Source: Lepidodermella squamata (Eukaryota; Animalia; Gastrotricha). From it: 64,000 bases of DNA. The notes beneath the pieces were generated by a model. It was not told the DNA's origin, did not search any database, and saw nothing but the letters and a program-made list of their open reading frames with translations. A program made the position numbers and the translations under genes. Location: NCBI GenBank assembly GCA_047495785.1, contig JBLDXI010000021.1:2356001-2420000 (forward strand), in the 5' to 3' direction. Every line of letters starts with the position of its first letter. The first letter of the stretch is position 1. Shown piece by piece: positions 23,655 through 37,711 of this stretch.

Positions 23655-26600
23655 TTGGCTCGGTAAATAGAAATGATCGAGCGATTGCGACGATAACAGT
23701 AAACCAGTTCGTACATTCGAAAAAACCAGAAAATCACATCGAAATATTCTAGATTGTGAAAAGTAACAATTTTGTATAATATTTATTCAATTTAAGAATT
23801 TGCCGATATTTACGACAGATTCTAGGATACTATAAAACCCACTCGACCTTTGTTGCTTATTGCTTATTGTTTATTTCGGGGGGCGCGACGCATCGACGGC
23901 GACGACTCGTTGAGAGACAATAGCAGCGGAGATAATATTATGGTGGTGCGGAAATGTAATAATTGACATGCGAGATAGGCGCGCGCGCGTGAAGACCCTA
24001 ATTATTTATACTATCAACTAATGCCGCGAAATGAACTATGTTGAAATTTATTAGAGGCGTAATCACGGCCGTCGCGGATCCGGACATAGGGCATAGTAGT
24101 TAAAAACGGGTGTCGGAAAATAATGACGCCATCGCAACCAGACCGGGTAGCGTCGGCCCTGGTGTCATCCTACTGAACCGATATTGCTACAAAAACTGAT
24201 GAGGTCAAGCGGTTGGCATTAATGTTTCAACAAGGCGTTTCAACAACAAAAACGGCAACAAGCCAAACGCCGGCAAACCGGCGCGCCACGTTTGTGCCGC
24301 ACAGAATTTAGATTGCCGGCCGCGGCCGGGCGGGTGGGTGGCCTGGCGCGATTTTCGATTAGAAATCCCGCGCCGATGGTGATGAATGAATAAATGAAGG
24401 AATGAATGAATGAAAACATAACTGGGCAGCAAAATACAGAGCAGGCGCTTCCGGTGATTTGACGACCGACATCATGACACCGCGCGTCATCTTCGCGTAT
24501 AAGAGACCGCGCTATCGCCTCTAATAAATATCGCACGCCCGACAGAAAGCGAACTCTTGTAAATTTTTAATGAATAAATAAAAGTTCGCAGCAGTTTCGA
24601 CGCGCCCAAGCCGCGGGCACGGGCGATCATCGCTAATACAATAAAGTCTGCGTTTAATAGCGAGAAATCATCGCGGGAGCAACCCCGCCGCTGCCGACGA
24701 CGACGACGACGGATCATTGCGCGTTCAGACAGCCGTCGACTGCTGAGTTTTGCCCACAACGAAGACAACGGCCGCAACAACAACAACAACAGCGCGGCGC
24801 AAGAATCCGGCTGCGTTCGCGTTCCTAAATTTTTAACGCGCATCATTTACACCGCTCGACATCTTGAAGAGGTCGGCTCGAGTAATCACAACAACAACTC
24901 CACATCGTAGAGCCATCATCACGCCTAAATGGCTGGGAATGTCACAGCCTCGCTGAAATCGAGCCGCGATCCTATTCGTGTCTAAATGATAATTGTTGTC
25001 GCCAAAATAATCGGCGTTGAATGAGTGGCGCGCGCTCACGATCAACAAGTTGTTTTTGCAATTAATGAACCCTCCTCGTCAAGAGGCGGCGCTGGATAAT
25101 TTTCACTGAAAATTCCTACTAGGTGAATGAATAAGCGAAGGATGTTCATTTACAAGTATGACGTGTGAGGACGGCGCGCCGCTCTAAACGCGTGTTTGAG
25201 GACAAGCGAAGACGAAGAAAAAATCACGACCTGACCTTACTGACAGCCCAAGCAAAAAGTTTCCCACCGCGCACTGCCAAACGGCAAACAGGAGACAAAC
25301 GTCGTCGGGCGTTTATTTACCGGTTGTTCTGATAGCCCGGCTGGGACGTTTCTTACGTGCACAAATCTTGTCGTAAATAACAAAAATAATAAGTGCATAG
25401 TAACGCGATCGAACAGCCAATCGACGGTAGGTAGGTAATTATCGCTTGTTTGCTGCGCTATTCTCGACCTCTCGAGCACATGTTGATGTTTATGGCCTGC
25501 CGCAATTGCGGCCAATTACGGCAAACAAAAATTGCCGCCCGTCCACTCACGATGCGGCAAGAAAAAAAGTAGCGCTTTTTAAAAATCAATCGCCATAGCG
25601 AGGAGCCGACTTGCGTTTTAATGCGCAGTAAACATGCGCTTACAGTCAATATTTGGCAATTTGACACCCTATTCGCGACGAGAAAATCGACTAGGCTCAC
25701 CTGTCGTCGACGACTTTTCTGCGGGGACTGCGCGGGGACTAACTACGAAACCGGCTAACAAACAAAAACAGAGACAACAACGCTGTAATGATGCGCTATC
25801 GATGCTGTAATATTTGTAACGCGCGCAGCAATTAATGACCGGCGAGCGAGAGGAAAAAATTTAGTCGCCACAGGCTAATCAATGCAAAAATGATGAAGCA
25901 TAACGTACGACACAGCGCGCGTTGTGTAAATAAATTCGCGGCGATGATAACAGCGGCAGAACTGTCGACTAGCCTAAAAATCAAATTTAATTTTAAATAC
26001 TGCTAGCTATTATTACTAAACAGCAAAACTATTTAGTTTTTCGGGGAAACGATACCCCACCAACATCATAATCACGTGTACTACAGCGGTGTTGATGCAT
26101 TTAATAAACGGTAATAGCGCTCGTTGTTTTGTGCCTAAGGCTGACCTGCGGCAAAATTATTACACGGCTAGAGTCAGGCGGGGTCAATGATCGGCTCCGT
26201 CTAGCGCGATCAGTCCTGAGTGACCTGAAACTTGCTTAACAACTGACACAAAACTGCGCCAGTGCACGCGTGCGGCGAAACAGTGTCAAAACGTGCATTA
26301 GATTTGAGGACGTTTCGAACACAACCAGAGACGAAATCGTGAGTCAAGTTAAGGGATTGCGCAAGCCAGGTATGGCAATAACAATAAATAATGCAGTAAC
26401 AAATATCGGGGCAGGGCATGCAACGCGCTGCGCCGACTTGTGAGCGACAAATTTATAACGAGAACATGGCTTCAGCAATTAATTATACGAGGCAATTCTT
26501 CGGTTGAGCGTGTAATGAATCACCCATCAAACAGCGATCATTTTTCCAACATTTAGTTGTTTTCATGAGAAAATGGCAAAAATAATTGTTATTACAGAGC

Positions 26601-29065
26601 TGAGCAATAATTGGACAGGAGTTTCAGTCAACTCGTATCAACATGCATCGGCTAATGTATCTCGTTAATCATAAGTGGGATAACAATCTAAAGGCAAGTG
26701 AAAGGTGGCTGCCAGCGATTTGTTAACCAACAGCAAAAACATAGCATGGTAAAAGCGGCAACTTAAACCATTTGGCCGAATGCAACATCTTTATGGGCTG
26801 ATGAAAATGCTGTTTTTTTCTCGAGCGGCTCAGTGCCTCTGCAGTTAATGATGCGAATTTATATCGGAAAAATAAACACAGCCAGCGATCATCAGACACG
26901 AGCAAGGTGAAAAAAGAGAGCGTAAGACGCACCCTGAATGTAGTTGTTTTTTTTCTATTTGGACAGACGCAAGTCTCTCGAATACAAACATCCATTGTCC
27001 GAAGGCTAATTAAGGTGGTTAGCGCAAAATCAATCGCCTTTTAAATCCAATTTCAAAACGAATTACACAGAATATTAGGGATAAGTGAACAGGCAAATTG
27101 GCTTAAACCTCTGGCGACGCGGCGATGCAAAACTTGTTATTATTTACGACAAACAAAAATAGTCGTGGTTCGATCACGCACTTGTTTCAACAAAATACGC
27201 AATAAAACGATATAAAATGGTTGGAAACGAGCCGTTCAGAGAGTAAAACAACATAGAGCATTCATTTTTCAACATTAACTAAAAATTCGGGGCAAATGGC
27301 GCGGCGATTAGGCGTAGATTATATCCAAATCGATCGATGTTTACGCGCAGCACTTCGATGTTGTTGTTGTCGTCTTATATCATTGCATGGGAAGAAATTT
27401 ATGAACACGGCGCCAAGATCTCTCATTCAGCACGCACCGAATGTCGCGCTCGCTCAGCGCAAAGAAATCATCTCATCCGTTGCGCGTGTTGAAAAATAAC
27501 AATAAGAGCGCGCCTTTCGTTTCTACCAAATATCGCGTATTTAAAATAATTTAACCATCATCTAGAAAAGAAACAGGACTAAGACACAAGATGGCCTGCC
27601 TGCCCGCCATATTGACAAGGAAATAATAATCATGTAAATGGGCGGGGCCTATTTTCTCCCGCAACAAAGCAGTCGGGGTGCTGTTTGGCGCATCATCTTG
27701 GCGTTGTTATGATGTGGATGATATTGAACGGAAATGCTCGATGGCTATCTCCCGCTCTTGGCCTGTTAGCCGCTAAGCCGCAGTTGCCACAACGCACGAG
27801 ATACAAAACAGCAGCGCGAAAATTGTTTACCCATCAACGCCAGATCTGTCGTCAAAAACCTGAGTTGAAATATTGTAGAAAAAATCAGATAGGTGTTCAC
27901 TAAGCACCAATTCATGCATCTGCTTAATCCGATCGGAATTTCGCAGTAAATAGATAACAGCAGATAATATTGCAGTTATTGCCGTCATGTTCGTAAACCG
28001 AATATCAGTAATAGCATAATTCTCATTTGACCTTTCGTTACTTCCGCTCGGCGTGCAGGTGCCTCCATTTTTTGCACGCGCGCCGGCAGGTGCAGTTACA
28101 TATACCGCGGTTATTATTATTAATGATACCTATGTTAAGTACCATCTAAAAAATATATCTGTCAAAATAGTGATATAATAAACTGAGAATACAGCTCATC
28201 ATTGAGTGACAATCGACGCATTAACCCGATCATCGGAGGGCATGCGTGAAGCTAAATGAAAAAGTAACCAAAAATAACGTAGCAAAAGGGCAGTGGAGTG
28301 CATAAAAAATGGTCTGCGGTTGTTCAATGAATAGCCGATCACCACTGCATGAAAAACTCAACGGCACGTGTGTGGAACGATCAGTAACGCTTAATAGGAT
28401 GCAGAATTACGATGTTACTGGCTGGCAGCCGGAGCCGGCAATGTCTGGTGTGGAATGGCTGGCGTTTTTAAGGTCAACCTAACGCTTCTTACCCGGTTAT
28501 TAGAGCCTCAAATTTTGATATTTAGCTGGAAATTGTTTGCTCAACCTCTCGACACGCGTTCGCTAACAAAAACACGCTAACGAGTCCGGTGCAATAAAAC
28601 GGGACACAACGGGCGCGCCGCCTCTGTTCGAGCGCTTTCCGATAAAATATGCACATTATTTAATTAGTTCCACTAACGCGTTGTTCTGTCGATGTGCAGC
28701 AATATCTTCGCCAATGTTTGCTAAGCCCAATCTCAACTTAGGTCACCACTAAGTTAACGAGACGTAAGTACTCATTGTGAAACAAGAAACACAGGTAACA
28801 AATGCTCCATTTTACTTTCAATCATGGCTTCCACAATTTTATAAAAGTAACGAGAACGCAGCAATATTTTACAAAATATCATTTCGTACGAAGGGCTGAC
28901 CGGGGCAGTGCTACGATGGGGATCTAGTAAGGCTAGAACGATCTCACTTCGTAAGCTCAACAATGCCTCGTGTTGGCCAGATATATTATCAACTTATACG
29001 TAAAAACCAGAAAATAACGTTAGTTCCAAACACATTTTCGTTCAAGGCACGATTGTGTAATAAGA

Positions 29066-30406
29066 TTACATCGCGACAGCGGACCGTTTTAAGGTCATTT
29101 CGAACATCGCCGCACGGTTCTGAACGTCATGCTTCTTGACCCAGTGACCGTAGACGTTGAACGCAACTGCATCCAAGAGTTTTCTTGCCAGCCTGTCGCG
29201 GTAAGGGTCTGAACGAAGGAGATGTAGAGACAGGCCAGGTGATCGGCTTTCTCTAAGTCTGCGGCATGCAATAATGGTGAAAGCAGCGGCTCGGAAGTGT
29301 CCGAGAAGAGAGCTTGATTCCACGGCGAACGTCTTGCCATCGCTCTGCTTTTGGGCGACATAAAATCTCAGGAAAGGATGCTGCAGAGCTTCGGCAGCTG
29401 TAAGGCGCTTTTTAGGATCAAGCAAAAGCACGCGTTTTATCAAGTCCTTGGGAGGATCAGGAATATGGGCCCATTCTTGAGCTTCGTCCATTGCATACTG
29501 ACCAGCCATAATCAAACGCAACATTCGCATTTGCTGACGATGATAGAATGGAGGAAAACCGACTAGCAAAGTGTACATGATAACCTGTCAAAAGCAATCC
29601 GATTTGATCAGCATTTGTATGTTTTGGAAATTAAACTTACACCACAAGCCCAAATATCTACTTCTCTGCCATAACCAGGCGCATCTTCGTACATTGCAGC
29701 GTTAAGAGTTTCAGGAGCGAGGTAGCTTGGAGTTCCGCAGAGTTCGCGTAATCTCGGAGCATCGTCCTCCAAGAAAACTGCGAATCCGAAATCAGAAACT
29801 TTGATGTTCAAGTTGTTGTCTAGCAGGATGTTTTCAGGTTTCACGTCCCGATGGACAATTTTGTGCGAGTGAATGTAATCAACGGCAGAGAAAAGTTGCA
29901 CCATCAGCTTTCGTGTCTGTCTCATTGATACTGTGACCTTCTCGTTCATGAAATCGAATAATTCTCCTCGAGGACATCTAAGTACAGGATATTAAATAAC
30001 AAATATTATTTACGTTTGAAGCAAACGTACAATTCGAACACAAGAAACATGTGCGTCGGGGTCGACAAAAAGTCGTAGAGCGCAACTGCAAAAAAATCAT
30101 CAACTCATATCCAGCCAAAGAAACAAAGCAAATCTTACTTATATTTGGATGACCTGCCAATTTTCGCAATACAGTAACTTCGTTCTGCGTGGCCCTGACA
30201 AAATCCTCCGCGTCATGTTCCATGTTATGTAACGCCGATACATCGATCATCTTTACAGCTACTTCTCGCCCACATCTTTTGTCCAAGCACAGCTTAACAA
30301 CGCTAGATAATCCATGACCAAGAACCTTTTCCCTAGGCTCATATTTCTCGTAGAATTCTCGAGCATTCAATAAACATAGTGATGCGTCTGTTATACCACC
30401 GGACAT
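29066..30406 (-). CDS. PHKG: Phosphorylase kinase catalytic gamma subunit, 4 exons
   Basis: FYEKYEP..LGHGLSSVV, HRDVKPEN, DFG, ELCGTPSYLAPE, and the C-terminal DPYR...AFNVYGHWVKK...QNRAAMFE typical of PHKG. Confidence 0.95.
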
Positions 30407-31225
30407 TTTAAAGACCTAAATTCTGGCTAGCTGATATGATTGAAAAACAGTAATCATGAAAACATTCAGCATTATCAGCAAGTTTTTCTAAGCGTTAAAA
30501 ATTGAAGAATTATTATTGAACTTGAAGCAGGTTTGGGAGGTTAGCCTTTTTCTGCCTAAAATGGTAAGTAGGCGCTTGAATCGCGTAAAACCCCACAAAA
30601 TTCCTTCAAAATTGAATTTTCTAGTCTATCTTGCAATAATAACTAACCTAAATGGCTCAATCCGTGAATAATTCATAATTGGCGCCCATAATAAGGCGGT
30701 TACACGTAAAACGTAAAGCGTAGTACTTAGCCTGTCTTAGCGCAGCATCTTTGGTCATTATATTTCTATATTTGATTTATTTTTTTATTATAATACGTTT
30801 TTTGACAAATATCTAGATCAATGCAATTACTAGACTACTCAATACTAGATCAATACAATACAATCATTGGCATCTTTTCTGGCGCCTTCCGCTACATAGC
30901 GAAATTTGAGGCAAAAAAAAGCTATAGCGGCAGAAAACATTTCTCGGTTTTGGTTTGGAGGTTTGGAGGCTGCGCCATCATACCTTGGGGACCTCAGAAT
31001 TACTAAAAATTCTGACAGGGCAGCCTACAGCGTTCAAACGCTTCGTGGGGTTTCGCCGTCTTTGACGCGGCGCAAATTCAAGTAAACGGTCAACCTTCAA
31101 CATCTGCCGCGGTTGCTAGAGAGGTCACGGATAATCAGTCTAATCTGATAGTAGCTCACTTTTCGACGCCGTACGCCAAACTTGGTCGACATTCGGATGG
31201 TAAATGCATTATGATAAATGATAAT

Positions 31226-31340
31226 TTGATCTTGATCTTGATCTCGATCTCTTATTCCATTGCCCACCGAGAACAACATTCGAAACACTCGCTGCTCGCT
31301 GCACGAAGCACGAAGCACGAAGCACGAAGCATGAAGCACG
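31226..31340. repeat. Short tandem repeats (TTGATC)x~4 and (GCACGAA)x~5-6 in the PHKG/PGAM5 divergent intergenic region
   Basis: Directly visible at 31226-31251 and 31301-31340. Confidence 0.85.
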
Positions 31341-31708
31341 GAGAGCGACCGCAAAAAACGAACAAAACGAACTCGTTCGCCAAAAATGAAGCCTTTTTGC
31401 CACCCACAAATTCTAGTCAATTTGTCAAAAATATATTTTAATTAACTACCCTTAGTTTTAAAATTTAATGATTTAGCAACTACAAAAAATAAAGAAATTT
31501 TATATATGAAAACAAAATTTATGAAAGTGGCGGGCTTTTTCAGAGCCTGCTGGAACCTCCGCGTTTTCTTAGACGCCCGCAAGTCGCAAAGCCACCTATT
31601 TGTGGCGATTGTTTATTGGGCAGGTTTAGAGATTCGAACGGGAGATATTTCTCGCCTGGCATGATTGCGATTTAAAACTTACTTATTCCTTTTCAATAGT
31701 TCTTTTTA

Positions 31709-32752
31709 ATGGGAGATAAACAGCCGGAGAAGCGCATAAATTCATCTGCGTTCAGGCGAAGCGGTATATTTCTCATCAGCGTGGCCGTTGGTGCCACCGC
31801 TGTTGGAGCATATTATTTGCTGCAAGCTAGCGATTCGAAAAATGGTGTGATATCTGTCTTACGTGAAAAGCTATGCGAAAAACTGCAGTGCTCATCGAGT
31901 CAGCATGAATGCGGGCAATGGGATCATACGTGGGATAAGTACATAATTTTGTTTCCTTTTACCTTTTGTTCCAACTGCCAACGGTGAATTGTTAGGAAAG
32001 CCCTTGCTCGTTTTCTCTCTGAAGATGGTTCCGAGCAAAAAGAGGGATCTGGAAAAAAGTCTACTGTGACCCGCCATCTCATCTTTGTTCGTCATGGGCA
32101 GTATCACGACACATTTAAAAACGATAGTGAACGCACTTTAACTACAAAGGGGCGTCAACAGGCTACTTATACGGGCAGGCGCCTAAGAGAAATGGGCCTG
32201 AAATTTGATGTTTTTGTCCATTCTACGATGCGCAGAGCCGTTGAAACAGCTGATTTGATTGCCAAAGAGCTGACGATGGACAGTTCAATTGAGGTGTCTC
32301 TCTCCGAAACCGATTTGCTCCGTGAGGGCCATCCTATTGTCCCGGTTCCTTACTTTGGGAAGTCGATTACTTCCAAGGACCAAGAGCGCATCGAAGCTGC
32401 CTTTGACAATTTTTTTCATCGGCCTCCGCCAACTCAGGTATGAATTCGAAATTCCCAATCGGAATGAAAAATACACATTTTACTGCAGACTAAAGATACA
32501 TACGAGCTGTATGTATGTCACGCCAATGTTATCCGCTATTTGGCCCTCCGGGCCTTGCAGCTCGCTCCAACTGCGTGGTTGCGATTTTCGATTGCCCACG
32601 CATCGATTACGTGGTACGTATTTTATTTCCACGTCGATCATGTTTACTGGATGGTTAATTTTCACAGGATTTCTATTCGCTCTGATGGTTCAGTTAGTTT
32701 GCGACGAATGGGCGAAGCCGGTCATATTCCTTGGGAACTGGAGTCCCGTTGA
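31709..32752 (+). CDS. PGAM5: Mitochondrial Ser/Thr phosphatase PGAM5, 4 exons
   Basis: N-terminal TM, WDHTWD (WDxNWD motif), RHLIFVRHGQY, LLREG, YVCHANVIRY, RALQL, GEAGHIP. Confidence 0.95.
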
Positions 32753-32865
32753 AATTTCTTCAATGATTTGCTAAAGATATTGATCAAACCTGGCTAGCCG
32801 ATGTTTAATTATATCTTCTTCATAGCTTTCCGAGATAAAAAAAATGAATTTTAATAATTTTAGAG

Positions 32866-34423
32866 ATGTTTTTAAGAGTCGTACATATCAGTCGCCGATT
32901 TACTGGAACGCGGTTTGTAAAAACTGACACTAGTAACTTGGAAAATGAGAAATTAGACTGGAATGCGGAAGCTGCAGCTTGTCGACGTGAACTTCTAGAA
33001 TCTAATATACACGAGTCGCGAAAAGTTGTCAACCTACTTCTTGGTGGAAATAATGTTGACATCAGTTCAGGACTGCTAGCTAGTGTATTCTACGTTTTGA
33101 GCTTTGCTAACGGTAGAAAAATGGATATTTCGGAGAAAAGTGCTATATCAAAATTAACAAATCGCGTGGCCGAAAGCGCGTCTACCTTATCTGTCGACGA
33201 ATTGGCTATAATATCTGCTTCTATGCATCGAGCTCAGGTTGCCGTATCTGATAAACGTTTGCTGAATGCGATGGTCGTAGCACTAGGGAAATGTGATGAC
33301 TCTTCGAAAGTATTGAGAATTTTGAAGGTTTTGGATCTTAGCATTCGAAAATCTTTACCGCCAGAATCACTGCCAGCTGATACTGAGTTGTATGACCTCG
33401 CAAAATCTCTCTCTCGATTTTTAGCAATGCCAGACATAACCCCGCTGTACAGCACAAGAGTAATGCGATTTTGGCAAAAATTGAGAATATCAACGCCAGA
33501 ATTGGAACTAGCGCAGCAGCAATACACCAATTCAGTGCTTGAAGCTGGAAAACGACCTTTGCTGAGATGGCGTGTCAAAGACATTTCCCAAGCTGCATTT
33601 AGCTGCGGTTTTTTCGCCTACGACTGGTCAAAATTTTCCACGGCAGTGCTGAATGAGATCGAAATACGATTGACTGAATCGAAAAACTCCGACTCCCCTT
33701 ACATAAACGAAATCGCCAATTTTCCTGACGCTTATTTTCAAACTCTGCTTGGCCTGTTGTCACATGCTAACTGTACTCACTCCGATCGAATCGCTTCTTT
33801 GGTACGAAATCATGAAATCTTTCAGCGGTCTCCATCATTCGATGCCCGCAGCGTTGAAGCTTGGCAAACGTTACGAGTAGCGTGTGGTCTTGCCGTGAAA
33901 AGTAGACATGCAAATAATGAGGAGGCCGATCGACAGTCTCAGCGATTAACTGGAAGACAATATATGGTAGGATTTTCTCGTTCTGTTGTCAAATCATGGC
34001 CTCATTCAGTTTTTGTAGACTTTGCAGGTAGCTGACGCTGCTCGAATGGCCTTTCCGAAATCTCGCGTTCGTATTGCCCAGCTTCTGCCAGAATTCGCTT
34101 CCGAGGCCAAGGTGGATGTTGTGATAGAAAACATTGAAATTGACGGTAAACCTTCGAAGGTGTCACTTCTGCCGCTCCCTGAGCTGGCCTGTTATCGGCG
34201 ACTCGTTTACACAAAGCAGCCTCGAGATGCTAATATTAAGCAGCTGTTCTCCTTCTACCGACCTCAAGGAAGTGAACTACTTCGGCTTCGTTGCGTCGTA
34301 AACTCGGGTCTCGTGGATCGCGCGCTGCCTATTTTATGGCCGACATGGCGCACGTTACGCGAGAATAATCGGCATCTATTTGTCAGAAATATCCTTTTGA
34401 GATCCAATGGCACGTCAAAATAA
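32866..34423 (+). CDS. FASTK-family mitochondrial RNA-processing protein (FASTKD5-like) with C-terminal RAP-like domain, 2 exons
   Basis: Arg-rich presequence MFLRVVHISRRFTGTRF and a helical-repeat body. RVKDISQAAFSCGFF and EIANFPDAYFQTLLGL resemble FASTKD5 segments from memory. The second exon has a RAP-like pattern (VDVVI...LRLR...G...ILWPTW). Intron ~33967-34027. Confidence 0.65.
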
Positions 34424-34504
34424 TTGATTGTTGGGCTTTTCTATCAAATTGTTCGATGTTTTTTTAAGAGATTTCTCAACCTATTTAGTTTTTATCTACA
34501 AAAA

Positions 34505-35933
34505 ATGTTCCATGTGCGGAGGTATTTTAGCCAGTTATCCTCCAGGAAAAATATCGTGATGGCTTTGAGTGGAGGCGTTGATAGCTCAGCTGCAGCCATC
34601 CTTTTGAAACAGAAATATGGAGATTCGGCAAATATTGAAGGCATACACATCACATCATGGATGGTCGGTGCAAATGGAGACGACGAAGAAAGTTCGGCGT
34701 GTCCTGCAGCGACAACTGACGAGGACTACGAAGATGCGAAATTAGTGGCCAACGCGTTGAAACTGAAGTTGACCAGGATAGACCTAGTTCGCGATTATTG
34801 GTTGAATGTGTTCGAACCAATGCTTTCAGATTACTGCGACGGCCTGACTGTAAGTTTTTAACGACTAAGTTTGGTCAAAATTCTTATCTATCAAATTTTA
34901 ACTACAGCCAAACCCAGATATCGTTTGCAACCAGGCCATTAAATTTGGAGCGCTTTTTAACAAAATTGACCAACACTTTGGCGAAGACGCAATTCTGGCC
35001 ACTGGGCATTATGCTCAAATTTTAAACGCAGGAAATTCCCCTGCATCAAGTCAACTAATTACTTCCGTCGATTCTATTCATGATCAAACGGTATGATTGA
35101 TTGCCCAAGTCGTTTGTCAGATTTAACTACGGTATTTTACTAGTTTTTTCTTGCCCAAGTACCTTCTCCAGCGCTTTTTCGAACGCTTTTTCCTGTCGGT
35201 GGTTTGACGAAAGCGGAAGCTCGTAGTATCGTCAAAACTGCTTTTAATGGAACTTTAGAACGTATCAACAAGCGGCCCTCGTCGGCTGGCTTGTGCTTTG
35301 TCGGTCGCAGGCGGTCTTTCGCAGATTTTATTGGCAATTTCATTCCTCCAAGACAAGGCCGTTTCTTGGATGTCGACAGTCACGATGTTGTTGGAACTCA
35401 CAATGGTCGCCATCATTTTGCGATCGGGCAGCGGGTTCGCATCCCTGGGGTACAGCATGCATATTATGTTGTGGATAAGCAGCTCGGTGACCCTAATGAC
35501 ATACTGGTAGCGAGTGGGGCTGGCCATCCTGCGCTTTACACGCGAACTGTTACAACTAATCAACCGTTCTGGATCGGATCAAATCCCTTTGAAGAAATGA
35601 GCACCGACAAGTTGATTTGTTATTTCAGGTTTCAGCATCAGCATCCGCTTGTCAAATGCGAAATTCATAGAAAGTAATGGCTTTTGCCAAAACTTCACTT
35701 TGACATACTCGTTTGTTTCATGTTCTAGGATTTCAGGCCTACTGGTGGATTTAACGGAACGGCCGATGCGGGCTGTTTCACCTGGGCAATACGCCGTCTT
35801 CTATTTACCCATCAAAAATGGTATTGGATCTTACCGATGTTTGGGCTCAGCAAGAATAATTGGAAATCGCCCGTCTTTGAGAGATCTAGGGGTAGTGGAA
35901 CATCAGCCTACTCATCAAAACTTATTTGCTTAG
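34505..35933 (+). CDS. TRMU: Mitochondrial tRNA 2-thiouridylase (MnmA/MTU1), 4 exons
   Basis: [11 protein letters not shown]-loop, [35 protein letters not shown], plus a mitochondrial presequence. Confidence 0.95.
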
Positions 35934-36458
35934 CTGTCGCAGATTGTGCCTTATAACTCAACCGTCTTTCTACTGTTATTTTCAGTACATTTTAGTTGTT
36001 GAAAAACAATAAAACTCACACCTAGCAAACATTGAAATACTAGTCTTTATTATGTATCGAATTAATAGGAAAACTACGAACTAGTGTTCTATCGGCAAGC
36101 AGGAAAAATAACACTTGTGAAGTTCGAGGGTCGAGATCACTGGGCGAATATTGCATACCGAGCACGGTTTACAAAATAAAAAACTATAAAACATGACATA
36201 ATGTATAAATGAAGCTATGTAGCGTACAAATTCGAAAGAAGACGTAGATCAATGTATGCGCAATGGTTGGTAATGCCTCTATATAATAATATTTCGCAAC
36301 ATGGCCATAACTCACACGCCGCCAAGAAATCCTGTTGATAATGATACCGGTGTTCGAGCAAGGTTGAACGAGGGTTCGGAAAGCCTGACAAAAATGAATA
36401 CGATCAAACGAAAGTTCATCGAAGCGTGTCGGGAATTTACCTTGTAGAAACAAAGCTG

Positions 36459-37711
36459 CTATTTGCCACTTTGTTGTTTTTCGAAAAGTTAGGTTGAATT
36501 GATGTGCGGCGTGGTGGCGTACTACCGGGTATCATATTCTGGTATTTAAACGTAGTCTTTGACAAAATGTTGATTAGGTATTTTCTAAACGATGATACTT
36601 ACATCAGCACGAACTTTACGCACATGTCGATCAGCTTCCCGTCGCAGCTCTGCACTGCTCAAGTTTCTCAATTCGATAGTAGTATACTGAAAAATCCACG
36701 GTTTATATTCGTACATCCGGTGTCAATAAACAATAGGTACCTTCCAGTGAACTGGCTCAAAGCTTAAAATATTATGAGGTAGAAATTGAGACATCGTGAT
36801 TCGTTTAACCCGGTGCAATACTGTTGTGAAGAAACTTGGTAAAAAGAACGATTGTAAATGGCTGTAACTTGCCACATCGATAGCAGTTGATAAATTCTTC
36901 CAGCAACTCCCCCAAGCTCTGCGTTATGTAAAAGTTATCGGTGATATTATGTAGGTCAGCTTACCTGAAATACCATGGGTTTGTACATCAACTCTTCGCG
37001 TCGACTTAGACCAAGGGCTCCGAAACGTCCGTTGGATGTTACTCCCATAACAACATGCTTGTGAATTGTGTCGCCCAGTTTTGTCTTGAAGCCAATCGTG
37101 AATCTATCCACTTCTTCCAAAGGGTGTGTGAGATATCTTGAAGTTCACAAAATAGATCACATCGGTCAAGAATCATTGAAAATAAACATGCATTGAAAGA
37201 ATGACAGCTTCGAGGCATTTGATAGGTAAGCCTTCACGTATCATAGCTTTCGCATCGTTTGCGAAGCTACTGACCGGCTTCTCTTTTCTTATGTCGAAGA
37301 ACTGAGTACCCGTGTGGTTATATCTGCAAATGATATATAAAAGGTGAATGAGACTGTTGAATTTTACTTACTGCAGACTAATTAGATAGCGTTGAACCGC
37401 TTCGATTTTCTGCTCCGCAGTTTGGGATCTCAAAAAGATGGGAGGTTGAGGAAGAGGAATCTAAGAGAAACAGTACTGCAAAAAGGTCAAATATGGCTAC
37501 AGTAATTTACATCCGCCAGCTGATTGCTGTTTCGTATTTCTGATGCCAGCCGGTCGCCCTTCGGATGGATTTTACAGACGTGGCGCCACAAGCGCACGTA
37601 AGTGACGTCGTCGAGGGGGAATCCCCCACGATTCACCCAAAACCAGGTGACATTTTCATTTGCAGACCCTCCCGCTGATCCGATTATTTCTTTGTTCTTT
37701 TTCCATCCCAT
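36459..37711 (-). CDS. VASH: Vasohibin (tubulin detyrosinating carboxypeptidase), ~7 exons
   Basis: Spliced translation gives FWVNRGGFP, LQYNHTGTQFFDIRK, LPIKCLEAVIL (catalytic Cys), RFTIGFKT, HVVMG, GALGLSRR..LMYKP. Last-exon boundary provisional. Confidence 0.92.

Noticed and set aside
23700-29000. Short ORFs in the long region upstream of the cadherin
   Set aside because: No motifs, codon bias or coherent exon chain. Probably regulatory or 5'UTR intron sequence.
31226-31340. Tandem repeats considered as CRISPR-like or coding repeats
   Set aside because: Simple 6-7 nt microsatellites without spacers in a eukaryotic promoter region. The overlapping ORFs are repeat artefacts.
37155-37200. 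In-frame TGA in vasohibin (selenocysteine or readthrough?)
   Set aside because: It lies within a 55-nt GC-AG intron whose removal restores the conserved sequence.
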